This document shows positions 9,628 to 19,766 of a stretch of 64,000 bases of DNA, in pieces. The DNA is taken from positions 224,001-288,000 of the forward strand of contig CAVVUN010000008.1 in NCBI GenBank assembly GCA_963751455.1, written 5' to 3'. The number at the start of each line of letters is the position of its first letter. The stretch's first letter is position 1. The DNA comes from Nitrospirota bacterium (GTDB lineage Bacteria > Nitrospirota > UBA9217). The position numbers and the translations under genes are program-made. The notes beneath the pieces are model-generated. The model ran no database searches. It was not told the origin of the DNA and saw only the letters and a list, made by a program, of their open reading frames with translations.

Positions 9628-10638
9628 ATGGGGTACTTGCCGAAATACAGGATTACTCCGCGTTTAGCGGGACTGCTTGAGAAGATCGCCGAGCTGCGGA
9701 CCAGGATAGAAGTTTCTCCCCTGTCGGTCGAGTGGAGGCCTCGTCTCGAGCGGGACGCATTTACGCGGCTTGCTCACACTTCGACGGCAATTGAAGGCAA
9801 TCCCTTAACGCTGAGAGACGTGGAAATCCTTGCGCAGGGAGGCGACCTCCCGATGGTCCAGCGTCGCTTTAAGAACGAGGTTCTGAACTATCTTGCCGCA
9901 CTCCGGTATATTACCGATCATTCCGGGAAGCGACTGCTGACCGTGAAGGACGTTCTTACGCTGCACAAGATAGTGGGCAGAGATGCGCTCGAACGGGAAC
10001 CGATTGGCGCGTTTCGAGACTATCAGGTGGTCATCCGGCAGCACAAACCGCCTAAGCATCAGGACGTCGCCCGCCTGGTCACCGAGCTTATGGATTGGCT
10101 TAATACGAAAGCCCCTGATCTCCCGGCTGTCATATCTTCGGCAATCCTGCATTACCAGTTTGAGTATATTCATCCGTTCGGTGACGGGAACGGAAGGGTC
10201 GGCAGGCTTCTTTCCACGTGGGAACTCTACCGCAGGAAGATCGACACGTATCACATCTTCTCGATAGACGAGGTTTACTGGGAAAATCGTGAGAATTACT
10301 TCACCGCACTCCGGTCAGTTCAGGAGGCCGGTCGCGACCTCACTGCGTGGATCGAATTTGTCGCACATGCCGTTGCAGTTTCACTGGACCAGGCATGGAG
10401 AAGAGTTGAGGTAATCCGGAGTCAAAGAACCGAAAGCCGGGAGCCGCTGATTCTGACGCCGAAACAGGAAAGGCTGCTTATCCTCCTACGACAATCTCCA
10501 CTCGGCATCAATGATATCATGAAGGAACTTCGCGTTACAACGAGAGCAGGCGCACACCATATCATTAAGCCGCTTATCCAGCACAAACTCGTCGTGCGAA
10601 AAGGCGGCCATAAAACAGGAAAATACGTTGTCGCATAG
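9628..10638 (+). CDS. Fic family protein (class II, N-terminal inhibitory helix, C-terminal HTH)
   Basis: HPFGDGNGRVGR catalytic motif; STAIEGN inhibitory motif. Confidence 0.92.
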   Translation: MGYLPKYRITPRLAGLLEKIAELRTRIEVSPLSVEWRPRLERDAFTRLAHTSTAIEGNPLTLRDVEILAQGGDLPMVQRRFKNEVLNYLAALRYITDHSGKRLLTVKDVLTLHKIVGRDALEREPIGAFRDYQVVIRQHKPPKHQDVARLVTELMDWLNTKAPDLPAVISSAILHYQFEYIHPFGDGNGRVGRLLSTWELYRRKIDTYHIFSIDEVYWENRENYFTALRSVQEAGRDLTAWIEFVAHAVAVSLDQAWRRVEVIRSQRTESREPLILTPKQERLLILLRQSPLGINDIMKELRVTTRAGAHHIIKPLIQHKLVVRKGGHKTGKYVVA

Positions 10639-10813
10639 GGTTGTCAGGAAGGCAGGGGAGCGATGTGGGGGGCAATTCTTTGATGTTGAACGATGTGAAT
10701 AAATGAAATTTGACTATTTTTAGACATAATGCAAATGATAAGTCCAAGAGTATAGACCTGACCCGAGGACCCCGCAGCGGAATGGGTGCCTGAATTGGCG
10801 CGGGAATACTCAG

Positions 10814-11152
10814 GATGACGTTAGATCGTCCTATTATCTGGAAGATGTCGCAACTGAATTTCATGTTCAAGGACTCGAACTGGATTGGGCGTGTGTAGCA
10901 TGGGATGCCGATTTTCAATTTTCAGGGAATGGATGGGCAAATTGGTCTTTTAAAGGCAATCGCTGGCAGCGAATTAATAAACCTGAAAGGCAAACATATC
11001 AGAAGAACGCTTATCGAGTTCTTTTGACCCGGGCACGGTAAGGAATGATTATTGTCGTGCCTAGGGGTGATGAAGGCGATCCTACTCGCAATCCGATCTT
11101 CTATGAAGAAACGTTTAATTACTTAAAGGGAATCGGAATTTCAATAATATAA
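10814..11152 (+). pseudogene. 3' fragment of DUF2075-like DNA/RNA helicase-domain gene with internal stop
   Basis: Reads ...EDVATEFHVQGLELDWACVAWDAD...KNAYRVLLTRAR*GMIIVVP...; in-frame TAA at 11039-11041; no 5' part seen. Confidence 0.72.
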
Positions 11153-11189
11153 CTCAAGCATCTCGGGGCAGGCGATATGAGGTGGTTAG

Positions 11190-11417
11190 ATGAAGACAGA
11201 CGAAAACGTTAGTGACCTCGTCAAAGAATACCGGGATTTTCTACCTAAAAGAGATATTCAATCTTCTGTGGAACTGCTTGTTACTGAACACGAGTGGTCT
11301 CAACCAGCCGCCGAACATTTATTGTGGCTAGCCGAGAAGTGTGGATCATTTATGCTTCGAAACGCTCTGGCTTTATCTCTGGCGCTCGGTATTGATGATG
11401 GAGAATTAATGTTTTGA
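11190..11417 (+). CDS. hypothetical protein (75 aa)
   Basis: GAGGTGG RBS then ATG; follows the helicase remnant. Confidence 0.55.
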   Translation: MKTDENVSDLVKEYRDFLPKRDIQSSVELLVTEHEWSQPAAEHLLWLAEKCGSFMLRNALALSLALGIDDGELMF

Positions 11418-11465
11418 CAAAAAATAAGACGCGGGGCCTTTAAAAACCGACAGGGGGAGACCCGT

Positions 11466-11882
11466 TTAGCCAACCGCAATGTATTTGAAATCGAAAACTT
11501 CGCGGATGAGCTTGAAGTCCTTTTCGTTCCTGGTAACAACGACAGCTCCTGTGCCTCGTGCAGACACTGCGATCAACGTATCTGCAAGAAGCCCCTTTAT
11601 CCGCTCCGGATCGATCTTTTTGTCCCTTCTCAGCTTCATCATGATCTCGCCGCACAGATACCATTGATGTTCGGTCGCGGTAATGATCGTAAAGTTGCGG
11701 GCAATCTGGTCGATCAGCTTTCGCTCCCTTGGATCAAAGGCTCCGGCAAGCAGCTCCATGAGGACCACGGAGCTGAAGGCGATATGGTAATATCGATTCA
11801 GGTTCAGGAACGCTTCCTGAACCGTTTCTTTTCGGAAATGTTCTATAAGGAAGGAAGTGTCGGGAACAGCTCTCGGCTTCAC
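11466..11882 (-). CDS. vapC: PIN-domain (VapC) toxin
   Basis: VPDTSFLI, VLMELLAG, ADTLIA, TRNEKDF. Confidence 0.88.
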   Translation of the reverse strand: MKPRAVPDTSFLIEHFRKETVQEAFLNLNRYYHIAFSSVVLMELLAGAFDPRERKLIDQIARNFTIITATEHQWYLCGEIMMKLRRDKKIDPERIKGLLADTLIAVSARGTGAVVVTRNEKDFKLIREVFDFKYIAVG

Positions 11883-12076
11883 GAAAGGCCCTCGAACCTG
11901 AATTTACCCGCCGTCTGCTCGATGAACTTCCGCATCTTTTCCTGATAAATGACTTCTGAAAGCGCTGTTTCAATAGCCTCGGTTTCTGTCTTGGCTCTCA
12001 GGATCTTCTGTGCATTCCGGATCATGGTTTTATCCAGCCGGAAATGCTTGGCGGTCTTTTTTGTTGCTGTCTGCAT
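11879..12076 (-). CDS. vapB: VapB-like antitoxin (RHH type)
   Basis: 65 aa, AKTETEAIETAL, overlaps vapC by 4 bp; upstream TTGACT-16-TATAAT and palindrome TGTATATACA (12094-12103). Confidence 0.8.
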   Translation of the reverse strand: MQTATKKTAKHFRLDKTMIRNAQKILRAKTETEAIETALSEVIYQEKMRKFIEQTAGKFRFEGLS

Positions 12077-12430
12077 GGCCCCTCCTTGTTAATTGTATAT
12101 ACATTATATCATTGCGTGGCTACAAGTCAAGGAGTTTGATTCTGAACAACTTTGGGGGACATTGTGTTCCGAGTAGAATTTCTTTTGCCCGTTTCGGCCC
12201 GATAACTTTTGCTGCTTCTTCGAGAATATCCTCTGTCTCGTATGTTGCTGTCCCGCGCCGCTTGGCTTCGGAAAATACATCCTCATCATCGGCCGCGAGC
12301 ACCAGGAGCATCTTAGAGCATCTTAGGGACAGGTCTTGCGGCTTGACAAATATCTTCTTCCGCTCACTTCAACGGCTTAACGACGTGGTGTCTCCAATAT
12401 CATTTAAGCCTCGGACAACTTCATCAATAT

Positions 12431-13461
12431 TTAGCCTGTCGTCATATGCTGCCTGAATTCCTTCCGCGCTTTTGCAGATTCCTTGCACTTTTTCACTTTG
12501 GTCAACTTAACGCCGAGCAGCGAAAGCACGGGCTGCAGGATAACTGAGGCTTCATCGCTTTCAACCATAACTTCTCGAGGGCAGACCTTATTTTTCTCAA
12601 CCGCACTCAATAAATACTCCGGGAGCTGACTCTGGTAAGAATGCGGCGGAGCGATCTGGCTATCAAGTATAAGTCCCGATCCGGTATCGATTATCATCAG
12701 AAATATCGGATAAAAGGGCCTTCCCGATTCTTTCACCGGCATGTTCTCCAGAGAGCATACGAGAATTCCCAGATCCCCGACTTTTTCGCGTTGGATGTCA
12801 ATCGCATCACGCGACTTTCATCGATTGCACAACGCTCAATCGGATTGGGCTGAATCGGGTCGGGTTTGAGCCACTCGTCGGTCCATTGGTTCTTTTCGTC
12901 TCCGGGCTTCTTAACGCGAACAAGATAGTGGCCCGGGGTGCGGGATTTGAGAATATCCATGCTCTCTTTGCATCGCACGCAAACATTCATGGCCTGATCG
13001 AGGACAAGACAGAGAAAATCGACGTCCCCCGCGCTGAGAAACCAAGGGAAGTATCCGGGAGTCAAATTGCGAAAACACGGATATGCTTTCGTCCCGTGAA
13101 ACGTCAGGGCTAACGCGTTTATGACGGACAGATCTTCCTGTTCCAGCACGCTTTTATCATTGAAGGTAACGCTGAGGCATTTCTGCGCCAGGAAGTCGTC
13201 GAATGCATCCGATGAGGAATTTCCTCTCAAAAGGCGCTGATAGCTGGAAAACCCCTCAGTCCCTTGATATACGATTATTCCCAATTGCTGCCCGAGATTT
13301 CCGATGATGCAGCAGTAGCCGATCTCGCCTGTTGCAGGATTTTGTACGCCTAATACCTCTTCGTCTGTCATCCATTGCCAGCACGCGAGTTTTCGGAACT
13401 TGGTTGATAAATTATAGAGTGATTTCCATTGTTCAATCGTCGGTTCTGTTGTTTGAGACAT
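12431..13461 (-). pseudogene. conserved hypothetical protein split by a frameshift near 12745
   Basis: ORFs 12733-13461 and 12431-12742 overlap in different frames and read as one continuous protein (IWEFSY.../MPVKESGRPFYP); total span is not a multiple of 3. Confidence 0.55.
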
Positions 13462-13480
13462 CGGCTCACCTCATCACCAT

Positions 13481-14683
13481 TTATGTATGCTTAAGAAAAA
13501 GATTTCGGACCTTATTGGCTCCGATCAATTCCTTCAGCAGCGTATAATTCTTTTTCTCGTACCTGATGCGTCCCGCCGGAATCGCGGGACTGATCCTCAG
13601 CTCCTCGGCAAATGCCCGCACCGCCTGCGCTGAATAGCGGCGGGAAAGCCCGGCCCTAATCCATTGCTTGGACGGTATGAGCGCTTCCGACGCGAGCTTG
13701 TCCGCTTCCTTCTCAACCCTCTCTGTTCCGGCTTGCGAGAAATCGTCAAAAAAAATGTCCAGGGCGTTTTTATCCAGGTGAAGGGCGATGTGGGCCAGTT
13801 CATGGCAGAGCGTGAACCAGAAGTGGTCCAACCGGTCGTAGCGCAGCGTCAGCGCGACCAAGGGGGACCCGTCGGAAAGTTTTATCGCGGCCCCATCCAG
13901 AAACGTCTTCGGCAGATGAAGTTCCACAAGAAAATGAATTCCGTTTTTGTTCAGGAATTCTTTGGCAAGCTTCGGGCCGGCATCAAGGTAACTCAGCCGG
14001 ACCAACTCGCGCAGAAAATCAGGGGTGATCGAGCCCGGCCGATACGGAGGCAAGGATTCCCGCATCGCAAGGGTGGAAACACGGATGCGCCAGGCGGCCA
14101 GCGCGTACGGGTCCATGTTACCGCCGCTCCGGACGTGCTGCCGGTTCAAGGCGGGCTGCAAGGCTTCAACCCCGATCGGTCCGACAAATGACGCGAGAAG
14201 ATCCTCCAGCTGTTCTTTTGCATCGGCCAAGGTCCCGTTAAAGCCGGGGAACCACCCCCGCTTGAGCATCTGCGCAATCGGAAAACGCTGCCCTTGCAAG
14301 GCCGGAGAGTTCGGGTCAAGCTTCGCTCCCGGCTTTCGAAGCATGACTTCCGCCGGAATGCCGAGACCCTCGACGAGACCTCGGATCATGCTCAGGCTGA
14401 GACTTCGCCGGCCGGAAAGAACTTCCGATACCTTGCTCGGACTCCCTATGTACGGCACCAGGTCTTTCGGCTTCAGTCCCTGCTGCTCCATTCGAAAGCG
14501 TATCGCGGTCAAAGGGTCGGGCAACTCGACGGGGAACGCCTTGCTCTCGTAAAGCTCCACCAGGGTTGAGAGCAGCTCCAGTTCATCACCTTCCGGCGTG
14601 CCGGGTGCAGCCTCGAAAATCTCGTCGATGCGCGACATGGCTGCTTTATAGTCTTTTTTGGTCTTGATGATCTTCGGTTTCAT
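13481..14683 (-). CDS. higA: HigA-type HTH antitoxin fused to ImmA/IrrE Zn-metallopeptidase
   Basis: IKTKKDYKAAMSRI...AIRFRMEQQGLKPKDL HTH; FWFTLCHELAH HEXXH motif. Confidence 0.88.
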   Translation of the reverse strand: MKPKIIKTKKDYKAAMSRIDEIFEAAPGTPEGDELELLSTLVELYESKAFPVELPDPLTAIRFRMEQQGLKPKDLVPYIGSPSKVSEVLSGRRSLSLSMIRGLVEGLGIPAEVMLRKPGAKLDPNSPALQGQRFPIAQMLKRGWFPGFNGTLADAKEQLEDLLASFVGPIGVEALQPALNRQHVRSGGNMDPYALAAWRIRVSTLAMRESLPPYRPGSITPDFLRELVRLSYLDAGPKLAKEFLNKNGIHFLVELHLPKTFLDGAAIKLSDGSPLVALTLRYDRLDHFWFTLCHELAHIALHLDKNALDIFFDDFSQAGTERVEKEADKLASEALIPSKQWIRAGLSRRYSAQAVRAFAEELRISPAIPAGRIRYEKKNYTLLKELIGANKVRNLFLKHT

Positions 14684-15016
14684 CAGATGGTCTCCGCGTC
14701 GATTTTATCGTATTCCTTATGCGTCCCCACGAAGCGGATATAAATTATGGCGTACTGATAGTGGACCCGGACGATTAAACGATACTTAGTGGAGCCCCCC
14801 GGCGGGAGCCGGGGGATGCCAAGGCGCGGGATTGCCGCTGATATTGAATACGACGCGGCCGGCTTTCAGAATACCGGCATCTTTGTATTTGGCTTTGATA
14901 TCGGCCGGTGTCTTCCACGCGGCATTCTTCGCTTCAGCATACCACGCCCGTAATTCTCCCTCAGCCGCAGGCTTCAGCCAGTAGTCCTTCAAACTTTTAA
15001 GAGAGATGACACGCAT
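14683..15016 (-). pseudogene. higB: HigB toxin interrupted by 43-bp insertion
   Basis: MRVIS...RVVFNISGN | insert 14788-14830 | [34 protein letters not shown]; removing the insert restores a 96-aa ORF. Confidence 0.88.
14788..14830. mobile_element. 43-bp hairpin mini-element (second copy 17934-17978)
   Basis: AGTGGAGCCCCCCGGCGGGAGCCGGGGGATGCCAAGGCGCGGG between TT and ATT. Confidence 0.75.
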
Positions 15017-15809
15017 ACAATACCCAATACCACTTTCACCAAACGTAAGTCAAGCAAATGTTCCCTTTTTGGGAATAATCAAAAGCAGGATAAAGCGAGG
15101 TCCAACAGGGCACTGACGGGTCGTCATGATGGAAATTGGCCTTATTTCATAAAGCGAGAATACTATCTTTATATGAAGGGGGAAAGGGGAAAGTTTTGAA
15201 AACCTAACCCGGATAAACCGGAAAAGCTGTCTCCCGCAAAGCCGCAAAGCACGCAAAGAAAACTTTTATGAGGTTACGCCTCAGACCAATAAAGCAAAAG
15301 TAAAACCTTAAAACGATCTCACACGAAGCCACTAAGACACGGAGAAAGACAAAAAATTCAGTTTTCTTCTTTGTGGCTTCGTGGCTTTGTGTGAAAATTG
15401 GGTTTTGGTTTTGACTCGACTAAAAACTCAAGATGTTGGTTGTAAAGTAGCTTTAAGTCTGGTTTTAAACCGGCGATTTGGCCTTCCTTTGCGAGCGCAA
15501 TATAATCCTGTTTTTGCATTAAATTCTTTTTATAGATCGACAATCTTTTGTCGATGTTATAGGCGTAAGCGCCTAATGGCTTACGGAGTGACGACAAGAG
15601 ACGACCGAAATCGACGAGAGGCGACAAGTGAGGAGTCGTTACAGCCATCAATTACGGGACGTAATCTGTGGCGTCGGCTATGGATTCCTCTTTGCAGACT
15701 ACAGGAAGAAGTCATGACGCGCTGGCGTAGCTGTGGCTTATGGGGGAGTGAGATGTTACAAAGGCATCGTTACAAGTCAGCCCGCGCGGCGCCACTATCG
15801 CTGTCAAAA

Positions 15810-16580
15810 TTATATCTCGAACTCCGCCACAACAACTGTATGGTCCGACGGTTTATCCAGAAGCCGTGGCGCAATATCTATCCATGCCCGTGTTGATTTG
15901 CCTGCCAGAGACCCGGTTGCCCATATATGGTCGAGCCTCCATCCCAAATTTTTCCTGACCGCATTTCTGATCTGATAGTCCCAGAAGGAGTATTGCCCAG
16001 GCTCGGGATGATGCAATCTGAAGACATCAACCAAACCCCAGTCCCGTAGCGTTCCCAGGACCGCCTGCTCGTCAGGATGAAAGCAGACGTGGCCGTACAG
16101 GAATTCCGGGTCGTAGACGTCCCTTGGTTCAGGCGCTATGTTGAAATCTCCGGTCCAGATGAGCGGCCTGTCGGGACGGAAATATTGTTTGAAGTAATCA
16201 AGAAGCCTCTGGAGCCAGTCGAGCTTTTCTCTGAACTGGTCGGAAAGAGGGCTGAAGCCCTGGGGCACATAGGTATTCACTATGGGGATATTGTTTATTA
16301 AGGCTGTGATTATGCGCGTTCCCTCTGATTCGTGTTCATCAAAGCCTATCCTGGCATTTTCGATCGGCAACTTGCTCAAAATGGCGACTCCGTTATATGA
16401 CTTTTCTCCCCGGCAAATTGAATAGTAGTTTATTTCTTCAAATGCCTTCTTCGGAAAAATCTCATCCAGCGCCTTTGTCTCCTGGATGCAGAGGACATCG
16501 GGTGATTCCTTCTTCAACCAGTCCAGGACTATGTTAAGCCTCGCTCTTATGGAATTGACGTTAAAGCTCGCAATTTTCAT
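15810..16580 (-). CDS. xth: exodeoxyribonuclease III
   Basis: MKIASFNVNSIRAR, LCIQETK, SYNGVAI, GDFNIAP, WRLDHI, PSDH. Confidence 0.95.
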   Translation of the reverse strand: MKIASFNVNSIRARLNIVLDWLKKESPDVLCIQETKALDEIFPKKAFEEINYYSICRGEKSYNGVAILSKLPIENARIGFDEHESEGTRIITALINNIPIVNTYVPQGFSPLSDQFREKLDWLQRLLDYFKQYFRPDRPLIWTGDFNIAPEPRDVYDPEFLYGHVCFHPDEQAVLGTLRDWGLVDVFRLHHPEPGQYSFWDYQIRNAVRKNLGWRLDHIWATGSLAGKSTRAWIDIAPRLLDKPSDHTVVVAEFEI

Positions 16581-16864
16581 CTGGAAATGCCTTTCTCCAA
16601 AACTCCTCCCTCTTGATGGGGAGGAATTCAAAGGTGGGGGAAGCCGGAATCTTTAATTTTTAGTCAACTTGAGACAAAAATCAAAACCCGACTATCACAC
16701 GAAGCCACTAAGCCACAAAGGAAGGCTTGGATCTGATATGATGCATTCGTAAAAAGAAGGGTTCGGGGTGACATATTCGGATTTCTTACGTGATTATCAA
16801 TATTTAAATCACGCATTTCTTCGTGTCTTCGTGCCTCCGCCTGCGCCCAGTGTTTATGAGGCCC

Positions 16865-16912
16865 TTGATTCCCGTCTCCGATTCTCAGCGAGATGGTACG
16901 ACAATGAGTCTA
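16865..16912 (+). repeat. single copy of TTGATTC-hairpin-GAGTCTA unit
   Basis: Same unit occurs three times in tandem at 32541-32705. Confidence 0.65.
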
Positions 16913-16999
16913 AGTATTGCAACAGCGCGAATACAGGGTGTGTGAGACTGCTTTTGATTCTGATGTTGCTTGTCGGTCTGAGGCATCGCCTCAAATTGT

Positions 17000-17875
17000 T
17001 TACCCTGCAGGAGCGCACTGCTCTCGCCCCGGAGCCGCCCTCACCACCAGCACGCCGCAGCTTGCATGACCAATGACTTTTTCCGTTGAGCTCCCCATCA
17101 GGAGTTTTTTGAGGCCCGTTTTTCCGTACGTTCCCATAACGATCAGATCAACGCCCCGGCCCCCTGCTGTCTCAACGATAGCATTGTGAGACCTGCCGAT
17201 TGGAGTCAATGCTTCTACAGGTATGCCCTCCTTTTGCGCCATTTCAACAACTTGGTCGACATTTGCTCTTGCTTCCGGCAATTCCTGTTCGGAATGTACT
17301 GAGGAGAGCGCAATAATACTGCTTCCGCACCGTTTTGCGATCCCGATTGCCTCCGATGCCGCAGCAGCGCTGTGGCTTGACCCGTCCGTTGCAACCAGGA
17401 TGTTCCTGCATTCAATTTTTGCGGCCCGTGGAACAACAAGGACCTTGCAAGGCGCATGACTGATGACTCTTGCGGCCACACTCCCCATCAACACCTTCAT
17501 CAATCCGCTTCGGCCGCGTCTGCCGATAATTATCATGTCGGCCTTTCTATCAGCGGCCTCATCGACAATAGCCTGGCAAGGCTCTTCCTTGTAATCAAGG
17601 ATACTTTTACAAGTGGAAATGCCCTGTTGGGATGCCCTTGCTTTCACGGACTCAAGGTATTTTGTTGCTTCTTCCTCCTCTTTCTGATAAGCACTGGCCC
17701 CAATGGTCTCGTATTCGGGGTTTGTTTCAAGGACCGACATCACATAGAGTCTGCTTGAACATTTCTTTGAAAAATTTATTGCCTCCCGTACGGCCCCTTC
17801 GCTGAATCCGGAACGATCTGTTGCTAAAAGCAGGTTATCCAGTTTCGACAAAGGACAATATTGTGCAGAATTCAT
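17000..17875 (-). CDS. tandem-domain universal stress protein
   Basis: Two USP domains (LATD..., IIGRRGRSG..MGSVA; VMGTYGKTG..MGSST); paralog of 30317-31207. Confidence 0.92.
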   Translation of the reverse strand: MNSAQYCPLSKLDNLLLATDRSGFSEGAVREAINFSKKCSSRLYVMSVLETNPEYETIGASAYQKEEEEATKYLESVKARASQQGISTCKSILDYKEEPCQAIVDEAADRKADMIIIGRRGRSGLMKVLMGSVAARVISHAPCKVLVVPRAAKIECRNILVATDGSSHSAAAASEAIGIAKRCGSSIIALSSVHSEQELPEARANVDQVVEMAQKEGIPVEALTPIGRSHNAIVETAGGRGVDLIVMGTYGKTGLKKLLMGSSTEKVIGHASCGVLVVRAAPGREQCAPAG

Positions 17876-17933
17876 GATGGCACCTCCGTAGAACGTCCTG
17901 GGAAAACTCGACTTTCAGTATTCGCGGCGTTTT

Positions 17934-17978
17934 AGTGGAGCCCCCTCCGGCAGGAGCCGGAGGATTGCAAGTCGCGGG
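17934..17978. mobile_element. 45-bp hairpin mini-element, copy of the higB insertion
   Basis: AGTGGAGCCCCCTCCGGCAGGAGCCGGAGGATTGCAAGTCGCGGG with the same TT / ATT flanks. Confidence 0.7.
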
Positions 17979-18156
17979 ATTCACTCCTTAATTATAACTT
18001 AGCACTTGCTCGCTAATAACGAGACTCTATAATAATTTAGTACTACCTGAGCATCGGCCTTTGGACAGGCGCTTTTTTGCGGCTTCGGCAGCTCGTCAGA
18101 GGTGCGCAGTATTTTTTCCCGTTGCACAACGTTATTTACTTATGATAGTGTAAAGC

Positions 18157-19731
18157 ATGTCGTTGCAGAAAAAAATAGCCCTCAGTTTTCTGATCAGTTC
18201 TGCCATCATCGCACTCCTGGCTGCTTTTGATTTCCTGAGCTTCAGGGAAATCAAGAAGGAAATCCTCTACCTCGAGATCACGGACACGATCAGCCGGAAA
18301 TCGCTTCAGCTGCGGCGGCACGAAAAGAACTATTTTCTCTATGGTGCCGAAAAGGCCGGGGAAGAAGCCTCCGCCGTACGCTCCTATCTTGTGGAACTAC
18401 AGACGCTCCTTTTGCAGAACCCGAATATTGACCAGACCGACAAACTGCAACTTCGGAGCAGCATCGTTGATTATGAGCGCCGCTTCGGTAACATACAGAT
18501 TGAGGCTATGCGCCTTGCTGCCCTGTTCCAAAAAGTAAAGAAGTCAGATCCGAACAATGCAAAATATTTTGCCGTTGTGGAGTCGACCTTCCTCGAAAGG
18601 CCGTCCCAATCTGCGGATTTCCTGGAGCGCATCTTTTTTCTGCCCCATAATCACGCCCTGGTTGGAGGGCTCCGAAAACTCGATGGAGACATTACCGCTC
18701 TGAGAAAAACCGGCGAGGACATACTGGTCATTTCAAAGGACCTTGACAAGATAGCACGTGAAAAGGCGGAGACGGTGATCCGGGTCTCGCAAACAGCGAT
18801 CCTGATAATATTTCCGCTGTTTTTTGTCATCGGCATCGGATCGCTTTTTTTGATCAGCACCAATATGGCGAAAAGACTCATGCTCCTCATTAAAACGGTC
18901 GAGAAGACAGGGAAGGGGTCGTATCCCCATTTGACTGACACATCCGCCAGGAAAGCGCACGATGAAGTCGGCGTGCTTATCGATAAATTCAACGATATGG
19001 AGGACCAGCTTGCGCTGTGGGAAACGGAGCTCGAGCGCAAGAACAAGGAACTGATGCAGATCAGGAAGCTTGCCGCGATCGGGACCCTCGCATCGGGTGT
19101 GGCCCACGAATTGAATAACCCGCTGAATAATATTTATTTGTCCGCACAGATGCTGTCAAGGGAGGCGGGCGGGGCCTGTTCCAGTGAAGTCAAGGAGGCC
19201 ATAACGGATATCGTCGGCCAGACTGAACGGGTGAAGAGGATCGTGGAAGATCTCCTTGAATTTGCCCGCGGCCGGGAGCCCCAGCTTCGCGAGACGGACC
19301 TTGCGGAGCTGATCAGGAGCGCTTATCGCCGAACGGGCGGCAGCCGAAATACCCAAAAAATCGCGTTCACCCTCAAGTCCCCGCCGGCCCCGCTCATGAT
19401 CCCTCTGGATCAGGGTCAGATGGAGCAGGTATTCAACAACCTGTTTACGAACGCGGTCGATTCGATGGAGGGCCGCGGGGAACTTTCGGTCATTGTAAAA
19501 AAAACAGACGAGGTCGTGGAGATCACCATCTCTGATACGGGTAAGGGCATTCCCGACCAGTCGCTTCACAAGATATTCGAGCCTTTCTTTACCACCAAGG
19601 ACAAGGGCACCGGCCTAGGCCTTGCGATCGTCTATAATATTATCAAAAAACACTATGGCGACATCGGCGTTGAAAGCATCGAAGGAAAGGGCACGACGTT
19701 CAAAATTATGCTTCCTGCAGAGAAGATATGA
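18157..19731 (+). CDS. HAMP-domain sensor histidine kinase
   Basis: LRRHEKNYFLY sensor motif, 2 TM, GVAHELNNPL, IFEPFFTTK, GTGLGL. Confidence 0.93.
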   Translation: MSLQKKIALSFLISSAIIALLAAFDFLSFREIKKEILYLEITDTISRKSLQLRRHEKNYFLYGAEKAGEEASAVRSYLVELQTLLLQNPNIDQTDKLQLRSSIVDYERRFGNIQIEAMRLAALFQKVKKSDPNNAKYFAVVESTFLERPSQSADFLERIFFLPHNHALVGGLRKLDGDITALRKTGEDILVISKDLDKIAREKAETVIRVSQTAILIIFPLFFVIGIGSLFLISTNMAKRLMLLIKTVEKTGKGSYPHLTDTSARKAHDEVGVLIDKFNDMEDQLALWETELERKNKELMQIRKLAAIGTLASGVAHELNNPLNNIYLSAQMLSREAGGACSSEVKEAITDIVGQTERVKRIVEDLLEFARGREPQLRETDLAELIRSAYRRTGGSRNTQKIAFTLKSPPAPLMIPLDQGQMEQVFNNLFTNAVDSMEGRGELSVIVKKTDEVVEITISDTGKGIPDQSLHKIFEPFFTTKDKGTGLGLAIVYNIIKKHYGDIGVESIEGKGTTFKIMLPAEKI

Positions 19732-19766
19732 ACAATCGTGTCGCTTAATCCGTCGTGAGGAAATCC

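Noticed and set aside
11039-11041. Possible recoded stop in the helicase remnant
   Set aside because: Codon is TAA, not TGA/TAG, and the gene is 5' truncated
12120-12311. 63-aa ORF preceded by a CTAAGATGCT tandem duplication
   Set aside because: No RBS or recognisable motif; probably a decayed fragment
14788-14830. Translational bypass (hop) element in higB
   Set aside because: No matched take-off and landing codons (AAT versus ACT), and the stop is at the end of the insert rather than after take-off
15381-15896. 171-aa plus-strand ORF
   Set aside because: Starts in a repeat, atypical composition, overlaps xth antisense
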